Origin: the human T2T-CHM13v2.0 reference genome, Homo sapiens
Reading direction: 5' to 3' (one strand)
DNA length: 64,000 nucleotides
NCBI RefSeq assembly: GCF_009914755.1
Contig: NC_060926.1
Shown here: piece by piece, positions 1-11,865 of the stretch
Layout: each line of letters begins with the position of its first letter
How positions within the stretch are numbered: the first letter of the stretch is position 1
The notes under the pieces: model-generated
What the model saw: only the letters and a program-made list of their open reading frames with translations
What the model was told of the DNA's origin: nothing
The model's database searches: none
Translations under genes and position numbers: made by a program

Positions 1-2132
1 AGAATGGGCTGATTGGCTTAGAACAAGGTAACAAGCCCCCTACATGGAGGTAGAGGGAGATTCCCATCCAGAATTCAGGAACTGCAGTATAAGGAGGGGG
101 ATACTCCCCAGAGGAAACCTGGTGCACTATGTTCAGAAATAAGATGCTCTCTACAACGAGTAAGTGAATTTTTACAGTTAAGACAAAAAATGCCAGACTG
201 TACAGATAGAAGAGATGTCAAATGTCACTCAGGCAATTCTCTTACTTGCAAGCAGTCTTTGAACGTGCTTAAAACTCTTTAGATAAATTAATTTTGCAGA
301 GTTTTGGGAACTTTTTAAAAATATTCAGTAATTGCTTTGGGAGCTGATGTACATAAACCTCACAGCAATTGATTGGTTCAGGAAAGGGGTAATCATGTCC
401 AAGTTACGTTGGTTTGCTAGCTCAGGTATAAGTGTGGACCCTCATATGTCCTGAGTATTTCATTTATACATAATCTTTGAAATGTTTTAGGAGCAAAAAC
501 CACATGCTTTCAAGGTCTTTTAGGCAACCAACATTGAAAAGAAAAAAAAACTATCATTAAAGCTAAGCACATGTTGTCATTCAAGTACCAAGATATTTAA
601 TAGAAAATTACAACATGGAGTATGAAAGATGAGAGATTTAACTTTCAACAGGCAAAGGTAAATATTGAGAGGGCCAGAATAATGATGTGGAATTATGTAG
701 ATGAAAATCTTGCCAAGACCTGATAGCAAATACAATCCAGCAAAGGGCCAGGGAGAGTAATGTTGAAATCTTTGATGACTCTAGGCCATCTAGAAAGCGC
801 CAATGGCGCTCTATACATTTTAAAAAAAGGTGGGGGGGTAGTTTTTTGGTTGATAATTTTGGTCATTTTTAGTGGTATCCCTGTGCAGAAGAAGATGCTT
901 TTATTCAATAAGAGAAAACTGTTTACTGTTTTTGTTGTATCAGGGACACATGACAAAGCATTCAAATATGCAAATAATTGCAAACTGATGTATCCAGCAG
1001 TTTAAAAATTGAATAAATAATTTAGTTTTTACGCATGGGCAACTCTTGCTAAAAAAACTACAAATCAGAACTCTTCTGTTTGAATCTATTTTATTTTGTT
1101 AATAGATGAGCTAATATGATAGGCATTTAATTGTATAATATATTATTAGCCATTTTCTTTGGCATACCATTAACTTTAAATAGTATTAATATTTAACATT
1201 TCATAATATACACTACAAAGTTCTTATTTTTTCCAGCTGAACAGAAAATGTACATTGATAGTAAATCTCTTTAAAGTGGGTTTTAAGATGCTAAGTATGC
1301 AAAACCTGTTCCATTTATACTGTTTGATCAGAAATACTCAAAATGCCACAGCATAATAAGGCAAATGCTGTAAGATGACAATGATGCCAAAACTGTATTA
1401 TGATTGTGTATTCAAATACAATGTATCGCATAATTAAGCATAATTATATAATTTGAATATTTAAGAGAGCATTTAAAATGTGATAGGAAGCATCTAAGTA
1501 CATCGACTTCTCAGGATGGTTAAATCAGAGAGTGTAAAGTTGCGATTAGTATTTGTTACTGAATGGAAAACTAATTCAAACACAAGTTTGCAAGGAGAAC
1601 ACTTGTAGCTGGCTCAAAATCATAGGCCCTAACTTTGTCTCATTACATTTGAATCTGTTTAAATTTGAGTACCATGTTTTTCTGTCCTTGCAAAACGTCA
1701 TTTAGTTAGTTGAGGTGGGGCTCAGAGTTTCTAGGATAGTTGTAGGATGCCTAGGATAAATGATGCTCTTTGTTCCGTGGATATCAATTGTGCCCTTCAT
1801 TCAGACCAGCATTCTCAGATAGGTGTGCCCACGACCGTGAGGGGAGCTCGTCCAAAAAGAATAAAGGGAGCAACTCAAATGCATCCCTGTTTCCAGGAAG
1901 ACTGCCCAGAGGCTATGCCCCACTTAGTATAAATCAGCCAGATCTTTTTGTCGAGGGAAGAATAGTGCTGATCATGCAACTTCCTAAGTAGAAGATGAAG
2001 CTTGATTTCTTATTAATAAATATTTGGGGGGTATAATTTTAAGTGGGCAAGAATTAAGATTCTGAACTTTTCCAGCACTCCCTGCACAGAGCTTTTTTTC
2101 TCCATTACCAGCACTGAAACATTTGTTTTATT

Positions 2133-2195
2133 TTTTTATTTTTATTTTTATTTATTTATTTAAGTTTTAGGGTACATGTGCACATTGTGCAGGTT
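2133..2195 (-). mobile_element. Ultra-short 5'-truncated young L1 (L1PA2/L1HS-type 3' end, about 35 nt plus A-rich tail)
   Basis: Minus strand reads AACCTGCACAATGTGCACATGTACCCTAAAACTTA then an (AATAA)n-like tail. A 16-bp direct repeat AAACATTTGTTTTATT lies at 2117-2132 and 2253-2268. Confidence 0.9.
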
Positions 2196-2304
2196 AAAAG
2201 AACTTTTCTTCAGCTCTCAGTGTTCTTTCTTAATAAAACAAATGTTTCTTCAAAACATTTGTTTTATTAAGAAAGAACACTGAGAGCTGAAGAAAAGTTC
2301 TTTT
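2196..2304. repeat. Perfect 52-bp inverted repeat with 5-nt spacer
   Basis: Arm 2196-2247 (AAAAGAACTTTTCTTCAGCTCTCAGTGTTCTTTCTTAATAAAACAAATGTTT) is the exact reverse complement of 2253-2304. Spacer is CTTCA. Confidence 0.97.
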
Positions 2305-3179
2305 TATTTCTAATTCTCCCTAAATTTTCAATGATGTGAACATAAGCCCAACAGACCAGGCTTATGGCATACTCTAAAATTGCAGTAGAAACTCGAACAA
2401 TTTTTTCTACTTCATTTTATGTAATGGTGACTTAATTAGGGGCTAAAGACAGGTGAAAGAAGTTGTCCCAACAACGAGTATTTAATATGTCAATTTTTTC
2501 AGAGATTTGTGCCATTGCAAGTAAATAGGAAATGAAAAGACAAAATTTAACTAAAGATTTCCTGTATCTGTTAGTACCAAAGCCAGATAAATTTCTCCAG
2601 AGGTCAACATATTCTCCAGAAGCTGACCACATCCAATTATTTCCAGCCCACGCCCAACACGAATCTTATGCTCCTGCAGACAAATATAATTATTACAGGC
2701 AGAGAATGGTATGTTTATTTCCACCTCGATGACTTGCCGGTGACAACGGATTCTGTATTCTGGATCTCTTCTTTTCCCGAAATTCTCTTGCTTAGCCCAT
2801 TTTTCAAAACTCCACTGAGGTTCCAAGTTCCTGTGATGAATTCAGCTCATTTTCTTACTCATCCTTCTTTTAGATGTATTTTTAAATTTTAATATGCGTT
2901 TTATCACAATTATTTTAATACCTTAAAATATTTAATATTTTAATACTTTAAAATATCCTAGTTTTTTGTTTTCTGTATCATTACAAATATATTGGTACAT
3001 AATTCTAATTAATATATGTAATTTTCCCTTTATACTAATTCATGCACTTGTGCCTTGTCTTCCCAACCAAAACCATCTAGATCCTCATGGATAGGATCAT
3101 ATTTGACTTTTATATTTTTACCCTCAAGCTGTGCAGGCAAGTGCCTATAAATAATGGATGTTTAATAATGATGGTCTTA

Positions 3180-3380
3180 ATGATAACTAATATATACTGA
3201 GCACTTCCTATGGGCTAGGTACTGTATGTGCTAAGTTTTGAACAGTAGTATCTTGTGATCATCACAATAATCCCACTTAGCAGGTTCTATTTTCATTCTC
3301 ATTTTAAGCTAAAGGAACTGAGGTAGAATGTGATCAGTAACTTGACTGCAGGCACAGAATTGGTAACCAGCTTCACACAG
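3180..3380 (-). mobile_element. MIR SINE (old)
   Basis: Degenerate MIR core: actgagcacttcctatgggctaggtactg...cattttaagctaaaggaactgagg...agtaacttg. Confidence 0.7.
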
Positions 3381-3674
3381 GTATGCTTGAACACCGTCCA
3401 TGTTTTCAGGCATACTCGATGGACTAATTAGCTCCACAAAAAGCCAGAAGATGCAAGTGCCAAGTGACATTTGTCTCAATATGCCATAAAGGTTAGAGAA
3501 GCTGCATTTTTTTTTATAGTTTCACTTTACAGAGAACTGGGCTCATTGTGGCAAACAAGCAACTTGCTGTGCCAGCTGGTACATGGCTATGTGTCATTGC
3601 CCACACTGCAGTCACATCTTGGAGTGCCCTTCCACCCCACAGCCCCATAGCCCCACAGCCCCACACCCACCTAC

Positions 3675-3950
3675 AAATCTCTTATTCATCCTTCAAAATC
3701 AAGCTAATATGTTATCACCTCTCTGAAACTGTCCTTAAATTTCCCAGGGAGAGGCAACCTCTCCTTCTCTCCTCTGGTTTTCCTTCATTTTATCCATGCA
3801 TTTGCCATAGCATTTAGTACTGTATAATCATTTACCTTCTCACTTCGAGAGCTTGAATTCCCTAATAGCAAGTAGGGAGGGCTTGTTACCTTTACCTCTA
3901 CTGCCTGGCAAAGGGATTAGTACAACAATGTAAATAAATAGGTCTTAAAT
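3675..3950 (+). mobile_element. L2 3' fragment
   Basis: cttattcatccttcaaaatcaagc...tcacctctctgaaactgtcctt, followed by an L2-type 3' terminus. Confidence 0.55.
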
Positions 3951-6603
3951 GAGTTACAGGAAAAAAATGTAGGTTATACTTGGAATTAGCTGTCTCAACT
4001 CCGGAAATGGCACATTCTGTCGCTATTCTCCGGCATCTCCCCCAACTTCACATTCCCAGAATCTTTGGAAGAGCAAAAACTCTCATCTTCAAAGACAATT
4101 GCTTAAAATTTTCCAAGGATTGGAGCTTCTCTTTCACAATCATTTCATTGGTGGGGAGGGTAAAGGGAGGAAGGAAGAGGTCAGTTTCTTTTCCTGAATG
4201 ACATTATCTCTAAAGACTCTGGAAAGTGATAAGTGCCATTTAGCACTCTTTTATTTCAAGTGTCTATGATGTGAAGAGTGTTTGCTTCTGCAGGCTGAGC
4301 AGCCCCATTGGAGTCTAATATTAGACGTGATATAAGATGTGCACATCTTTCACATTATGAGGCTTTATGTTTCAAACCCCCATACCTTGCCTCTGTGTAT
4401 TTGACAGCTGCTGTCCTGCAAGGCAATGGCCAGTAAGAGGCATGATTGCACTAAATTGGAAGCATGAGGCAAAAGGGTGTGTTTTTATTAGGGGGGCAGG
4501 GAAGAAATTTGAGGGTAGTAGGTTAGAAGAAATCATCCACAGATGCTGATCTCTGTCGGTTAGTGGATGTGATTTCTGAATTGTGGTAATTCCTGTTTCT
4601 GTGACAGTTCATCAAAAATCGAGGGCACTACTTTTGAAAATTACCCATGGTTTCATTTCCAAACTAGATGCAGACTCTGTGCTTTTGATTATTAGAATTA
4701 TTCAACTCACTCTGTGGGGCAATGAGGAGGGGCATTGATAAATCCTACCCCAACTGATACTCTGTAAGAGATTCGTTACAGAAGCATGAGGTGGCAGAGC
4801 AAACTCCATCACTTTTTAACAAGTGTTATCTAAACACACAGTGGCAACCGATGAGTGAGCCAAAGTGACAATTTGGAAATTCATTTCTCTCCTTCAGAAA
4901 GTCTGTGTGGGTTGGGAACAGTAGAACTAAAAGATGTGGAGACAAACTTTTTTCTACTTTTATTAAGCATTTCTAGATGAATTGTGAAAGGCAACTCAGC
5001 AGATGTCTACTGGCATCTCTCTTTCCCCAAAGACTTCTTTTAAAGTCATATAAAACACTTCTCATACCAGCTTGCCAATGGGTGAGGAGGAGACAATACT
5101 TCAAAAACTTTTCATGGTTAACACCAGATTGATAGTTCCTTTAGCAAAGCTAAATCTTGAAAGCTGTTTTTCTTTCATTCTACCAAGAACTGGCTCAGGT
5201 TGAGTCCCAGCTTTTCTTCAGGGATATGGGAACACTCAGATGGGAACTGTGTAGATGGAAGAAGTGTGGAAAGGGAGAGATGAGTGTACATTGGCTACGT
5301 CTAGTGCAGGGAAATCATTTCTCCACTGGTCTCACGTACAGCTGGCCACCCTCCTGATCTTGCTAAAGGGGCATATGAGTGCCATTGTTAAGAGATGGGG
5401 CTTAAAATGTAAGAGGAGTTTCAAGAGAAGTGAGCTGCAGATCCACATAGGAACATGTCAGGAATTATTTAAGTGGCCGGTAATATGAGTATCATGCTAC
5501 CAACACTGAACAGTTTATCACATAAATATAATTGTCTTCTTTGAGAAGAATAATAAAAGCTGACTCCATATGTTACATATTATTTAAAATTGTTCCTGCA
5601 AGATGTATTAGTCCCAGAGAAGAAGCAATTCTTCTACCAGAGGACAACAGCAGTTTTATTGTATAACATTGTCATTTGTTTAATTTGTTTGTTCCCAGTA
5701 GTAGTTTTACAGATTTTTACGAACTGTTACTTTTATAGAAAGTTGAGTTACTCATGATGGATATTGCTGGCATTCGTAAAGACAAAAATGGGGGGGGTGG
5801 AAGAGGTCAGAAAGGTAGATGGTGTGGATTTCCCTAATGAAATTTGCTTAAGCCAATGCTTCTGAATTCTTAGAGAAACCAAAAATTACTGTAGGGAGTT
5901 AGGTTCTGTTTGGGACATTTCTAAGATTTTTGTGTGAGTTTATTTAAACATGATCAAGTTAAACTCAGTCTGGAAGACCTCTTGTGAACTGACAAACAAC
6001 TACTTTTATTCAGAAATAATTGTGAGTAAATGGGAGTTCTCCGAGGTTTTATGTTTTTGTATTTGAACCAATTACCAAAGAATACTAATTTTATAGTTCA
6101 ATGTCTACTACCAATTTTTAGGCATTTTATTGGTTAAGAAAACCAGTTTCCTCTGTCATTTCTCACAATTTCAACTAAACTTTACTTTTTAGCTAAATTA
6201 AGTGAAACTTTTCTAGGTAAATTTGGAAATTTTGGAATTTTAAAATGGAAACATTTTAGTTTGCATTCTCCTTCGACTGATAGATTTAATATATACCGAA
6301 TGAGAAAATGCCACCCAAGAGTAACCATTCATGTTTTTTGAACTGTTAAAATGCATTCTATTGCAGTTTCACAACACTGAAAGCAAGTGTCTAAAATTAC
6401 CGAAATAAAGCTGTCCCAACAGGGTAGATGAAAAACTGGCCAGATAATCAGCAGTAAAGACCAATCTTCTTTGATATCAAGGTATCTAGACATTCACAAT
6501 TTGTTCATTTGTAGCATTCTGGCAGACTTAAAACTCTAGACGAGAATAGCCATGCTATTGCAATATAATCTGGATAATTAGAGCATTTAGAAATCCGACA
6601 ATA

Positions 6604-6910
<307 letters not shown>

Positions 6911-7003
6911 TATAGAAATATAATACATATCTACAAAAGCCAATTGAAGTCAAACTGGAATTCTGCAAAGCAATCTTTATGAATGTGAGTAAGTTAGGTC
7001 ATA

Positions 7004-7057
7004 TTAGGTTGGTGCAAAAATAATTGCAGTTTGGCCATTATGTTTGCACCAACATAA
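7004..7057. mobile_element. MADE1 (Hsmar1-derived MITE), internally deleted
   Basis: TTAGGTTGGTGCAAAA...TTTGCACCAACATAA terminal inverted repeats, with TA at 7002-7003 and 7058-7059. Confidence 0.85.
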
Positions 7058-8199
7058 TACATCTTTTATTCTCAGTGCAAGATTTTTGATCTACATTTCT
7101 GAATAGCTTGGAAAATAAAGTATGGTCACATCAGAACCAGTGGCAGGTAAAATTTCTAATTATAAATTGGCTCAAATGATTTATATTTGACTTTGGAATG
7201 TCTTGCTAATATCTTCGTACATGTATTTTACTTTTTGCTGTTAAAACATTTTCTAAACATACTGATAAAGACTAGAGAGATGGATCAGAAACATACTGGG
7301 TGTTAAAAAACCATCCCGAGGTTTAAAATGTTCTTTCTAAATTTAGATAAATGCAAGATAAATCCCACAGGAAGTTCACAATTCCATAGATGTCTAAAAC
7401 TAAAAGAATGCAGAGATTTTCTCAGCTCCATGCCTTTTCTTGTAATTGTATGTTGACTGAGTAGAGAGTTATAAAAACACCCCAGCCTGATTTTATGCAA
7501 CTATATTGCTGTTTGTCAAAAGAATACTTAAAAACTTGTCAAAAGAATATTTACAAACTATATTTAAGAATATTTAAATAACTGCTATAAAATTTAAATA
7601 ATACAAAAATATACAAAGAAAAATTACATCATCTAGTCATTTCATAAATAAACACATACATAAATACACACATAAATAAATATCTTAATATTTAGTGAAC
7701 AACACCATTCTAGATGGCCCTATGTGTTGGTGTAGAGAGATTGATAGAGATGAATAGTCAGATAAAAATATGATTCTGCCACAGTGGTTATTCCTTAGCA
7801 AAAATGTTTTATGTTTAGTTCTACTTGAATTTTAAGAAGAAAAAGAAATTAAATGAACTTGAAAAATGACTGAACTTCAAATAAATGTTTATTTGACCCA
7901 AGAAATATTAGCTTCTGAAAGAAGTGTTTTTAATAAAAAGTGTTTTTATTTTAGACCAAATCTTTCTCATTGATGAGGAAATTAGTACAATTATACTTCC
8001 TTCCAGATAGTCTTCCAAGTTATTTAGGATTTTATTATTGAAAATGTTATATTATTTACATTTATAAGTATATCCCCAATATTGTTTGGTCTTATTCTAT
8101 GCTGCACAGGAAATATGTTCACCCCTTTGTTATTTTACCAAGTTTTCTCTGTAAGGGAAAGTGCCTTGCTGTAATTTTGTGTTTATTAGATTTAAGCAT

Positions 8200-9100
8200 T
8201 CAGTTACTTTTCCAGAAAGAATCATGGTTAGGCTACTCTCTAGTTTCTGAATGTTTCACAGTGTCTGCAAATGGTCTTATACTGGAAGAGCATGTCACGG
8301 TATAAAATAATATATCTATATTTAAATTTCTCTAAATTTTGCACACTTTTTCATGTAGCACTCAGTGTTGCTGTGAAGTTCTCTGAGGTCATTCCTCCCA
8401 CCACCACCCCCTTGGTTAGTATGATTTACCTGTGCTGCCTGGAACACCATATGGCTATATTTTTAATTCCTAAATTTTAATAGCTACACTAGGATTTGTT
8501 AGATTAATTGTTCTATGTCAAATTTTCCTGGGACTAAGTGTGTCACTTTAGTAAGGAAATTTAAGTCCTTCTGTATTTTCAAAACTTTTCTTCTATTACA
8601 TCTTTAATTTTTTTTTCTGTGGCATTTGCTCTATTCTCTTCTTCAAGAGAACTAGTCCTATTTTTCTTGTGTACTGTAATCACTTTTATCAATATACTAA
8701 AACTATTCATAGACATATTTTATGTCTTTAATCTTTTTCTTTTCATTTTATATAATTTCTTCTAGTTTGTATACCATTCTGTGTTTTCAGTCATGCATAT
8801 TTTATTTTGCTTCTACTTTGACATTTATAGGGATTTGTTAATTCCACTAATTTCCTGAGCTCTACCCACTGCTTTTCATCTTTTTGAATACTTATAGTTC
8901 TTTTTAAATACTCTTTCCATTGCATAATATGTAAATATTTTTTTTTTAACTATAGGTTAACTATTTGTCTGAATTCCACTGGTTTCTTGAATAATTCATC
9001 TTCTGATGTATAGCCCTTCTTCCTTTTTACTTGGGTCTAATTGATGATTTCATGCTGTTTCTGTAATTAGCTACTTTTTCTTGAAAAAGGCCATTTACTC
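8200..9100 (-). mobile_element. Possible very old L1M/HAL1 fragment
   Basis: T-rich degenerate sequence resembling antisense old L1. Recognised by eye only. Confidence 0.3.
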
Positions 9101-9131
9101 AATTACTCTAATTCTTGATTAGGGCAATTTT

Positions 9132-9210
9132 ACTCAATCTCAATCTCTCAATCTCTCAATCTCTCTCTCTCTCTTTCTCTCCTCCTCCATCCCTCTCCCT
9201 TCCCTCCCTC
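9132..9210. repeat. (CTCAAT)/(CT)n polypyrimidine low-complexity tract
   Basis: ctcaatctcaatctctcaatctctcaatctctctctct...ccctccctc. Confidence 0.8.
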
Positions 9211-10618
9211 CAACACAGCTCTGTGTGTCAGAATCTAGAAATTTCTGTTTCCTCTTCCTCCTTCATGCAACTTCCTCTTTGGCACTGTTCCTATGTGATG
9301 ATCCTGAGGAATGGACAATAAAATGATTTTGCCTTCAGTACCACCTCCCTTGACTTTCTGCAGCATGAAATTTCTAGGTCATTTCCTTACTCATAGGATA
9401 CAGCCATTCCCATGTCCTGATACTCTAATCAGATTGTCAGATATTACTCTTGAAACTGTAACCCTTTAAAGGAAACCTCTTTCATCTGCCATTTTTGAAG
9501 TTTGTGTTGACTCTCAGATTCTTCCCTCATCTTGGTGCAGACTTCGATTTCTATTTTTACAGTATTTCACAGTACATATGACTGTGTATGGTTTGATGCT
9601 ATGGCTATTTTTGTTTTACTAAAGATTGAAGGGTTGTATTGTTAGTGTGGTGGCTCTCTACTTTTCAGGGTTTGTTGTTTTGGGAATGTTTTGAAAGAAA
9701 TTAGTTCTGATGCTTTTCACTAGAAATAATCTATGACCTGAGCTCTTGTGGACTCCTAAAGTTTGTGCCACTGTGTTTCGGTCTTACTTCAAACATTACT
9801 TTTAAAAAAAAGCCTCTTTCTATTGAATTATTTCAAACAAATCAAATATATTATGTTTCCTGAATACCCCTTGCTTTAGTTGGCTTTTCCCTTCCCATAA
9901 TGAAGGATGAGGACCTTCCTTTCCTTTGTCTTCTGTCTTTCACAGTCGTTTCTGGAATACCAGCCCTTCTATCAGAACTGGATGGAGACCTGTGGACACC
10001 CCTAGTAAGCTGCAGATTTTTCACAGTGGTCATTTGACCTCCAGAGCAAGCCAATAATTTGTCACTTCATTAAACTGGTATTTATATTTATTAAGTTTTT
10101 TGAGATACAATCCCTAGTATTGAGTGATAGAAGAGCAGAAAAGAAGTCTACTGTTGTTAGCACCTCAACTAACTGAACCCATTAAATCAAAAGCCTTTCT
10201 CTTAACTGGACTCACCTTCCTTAGAAGACGATTTAACAATGTTTTCTTTCTGCTCAAGGATAATCATTTAGAATTTTAGCCCTCTTCCTTCTTTCCAAAC
10301 AGCTTATCAAAGAAGGCTATGTAATTGTCCCCCTAACAGAAGTTCTAATAATATAAATTCCTCCCACTCATTAGATTTCAGTTATGTTTTACAATCCCTT
10401 TTGGACAGGAGCTCTGGGAAGCCAATGGCACCTGCTGTCTACCCCTCCATCTAACTTTCTTCCCTTTACTACATTCTGGAGAAGCCATCTCAGTTGCTCT
10501 AAGTACTTATGTATTTGCCTTTTCCTAATATTGGAGAAAATTTAAGCTTTCTATTTTTTTAATGGCATACTCCACTGCATCCCAATTTGCTTTTGTGAGT
10601 AGAAGAGACAGGTGTAAA

Positions 10619-10955
10619 TTTTTCTTTTAATTTTTACTTTAAGTTCCAGGAGACATGTGCAGAACGTGAGGTTTGCTGCATAGGTATACATGTGCCATGG
10701 TGGTTTGCTGCATTTAATGACCTGTCCTCTAAGTTCCCTCCCCTTGCTCCCCACCCCTAACAAGCCCTGGTGGGTGTCGTTCCCTTCCCTGTGTCCATGT
10801 GTTCTCATTTCAACTCCCACTTACGAGTAAGAACATGCAGTGTTTGGTTTTCTCTTCCTGTGTTAGTTTGCTGAGGATGATGGCTTCCGGCTTCATCCAT
10901 GTCCCTGCAAAGAACGTGATCTCATTCCTTTTTGCGGCTGCATAGTATCCCATGG
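10619..10955 (-). mobile_element. L1 3' end (older L1PA, about PA12)
   Basis: tttacttaagttccagg-like start, acatgtgcagaacgtg...atgtgccatggtggtttgctgc...ggctgcatagtatcccatgg. Confidence 0.9.
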
Positions 10956-11639
10956 AAATTTTTAGCTAGTTAAATTGACTTGTATACACTCTGGGCATGC
11001 CCACCAGGAATTCTCCCACAAATAAACATCCCCTGTACTGTGTTAAGCAATAAATGATTCTGGAACCTGTTCTTTTCTGCCCAGTTTAAACCCTCTGCTT
11101 TTTGGATTGGGCAAGTTTTCTATACTCTTTAATAAATTTGTTTTCATATTTGTTGTCAACCAGCTGACAGTTTCTCTGCCCTTTTTATAACCTACTTCCT
11201 GATTCAAGACATTGGGTCAAGACTTTTAAAAGGCCTTGACTTCCCTTTTGCTGATTCCTCTTCATTATTTCACCTATTAAACTAGGCATGAAAAAAACTC
11301 ACCATTGGGCCCTCTTGCCTACCCACTACTCCCTCAGAAAACTTGCAGAGTTCAAGCATCACTTGCAATCAAATTATTCTCATACCTGCATTTCTAACCC
11401 TTAGTTTCCTCCTTTCAACATATCATTAGAAGTGTGATTTTCATTGCCTAAATATATACTTCCACTTAAGTAGTCACTGGTCACTGGAATGATAGAGAAA
11501 TTTTATCTTTGCTCCAAGAGATCTACTTCTTCTCCATGTACTCTACTGCTTATAGAAATTGACTGCATTTCCTTTCCAAAGGTGACAAGTTTAAGTCATT
11601 TCTAATACCTGCTTTTTGTCTGTCTCAACCACAACTTTA

Positions 11640-11865
11640 ATAGCATTTCTTGAACACAAGCATCACACTGTGGACTTTATTTATGTTATCTCATTTAGTA
11701 ATCACAGAATACAAAGAAGTAGACATTATTATCTCAGTTGTTCTGGTAAGGAAACTGAGGCTTAGTGAGGTTAACTTACTCAAAGGCCCCATCTAGTTTG
11801 TGACAGAGCCAACATTCAAGTCTAGGGTTGATGGACTCTAAAGTCAATGTGCTCTTAGCCACTTT
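11640..11865 (-). mobile_element. MIR SINE
   Basis: atctcatttagtaatcac...ggaaactgaggcttagtgaggttaacttactcaaagg...acagagccaacattcaag. Confidence 0.75.

Noticed and set aside
7004-7057. Small hairpin as a novel ncRNA
   Set aside because: Explained by MADE1 terminal inverted repeats
7513-7558. Imperfect 23-bp duplication, and a similar 14-16-bp one near 29167-29197
   Set aside because: Ordinary slippage products with no further structure
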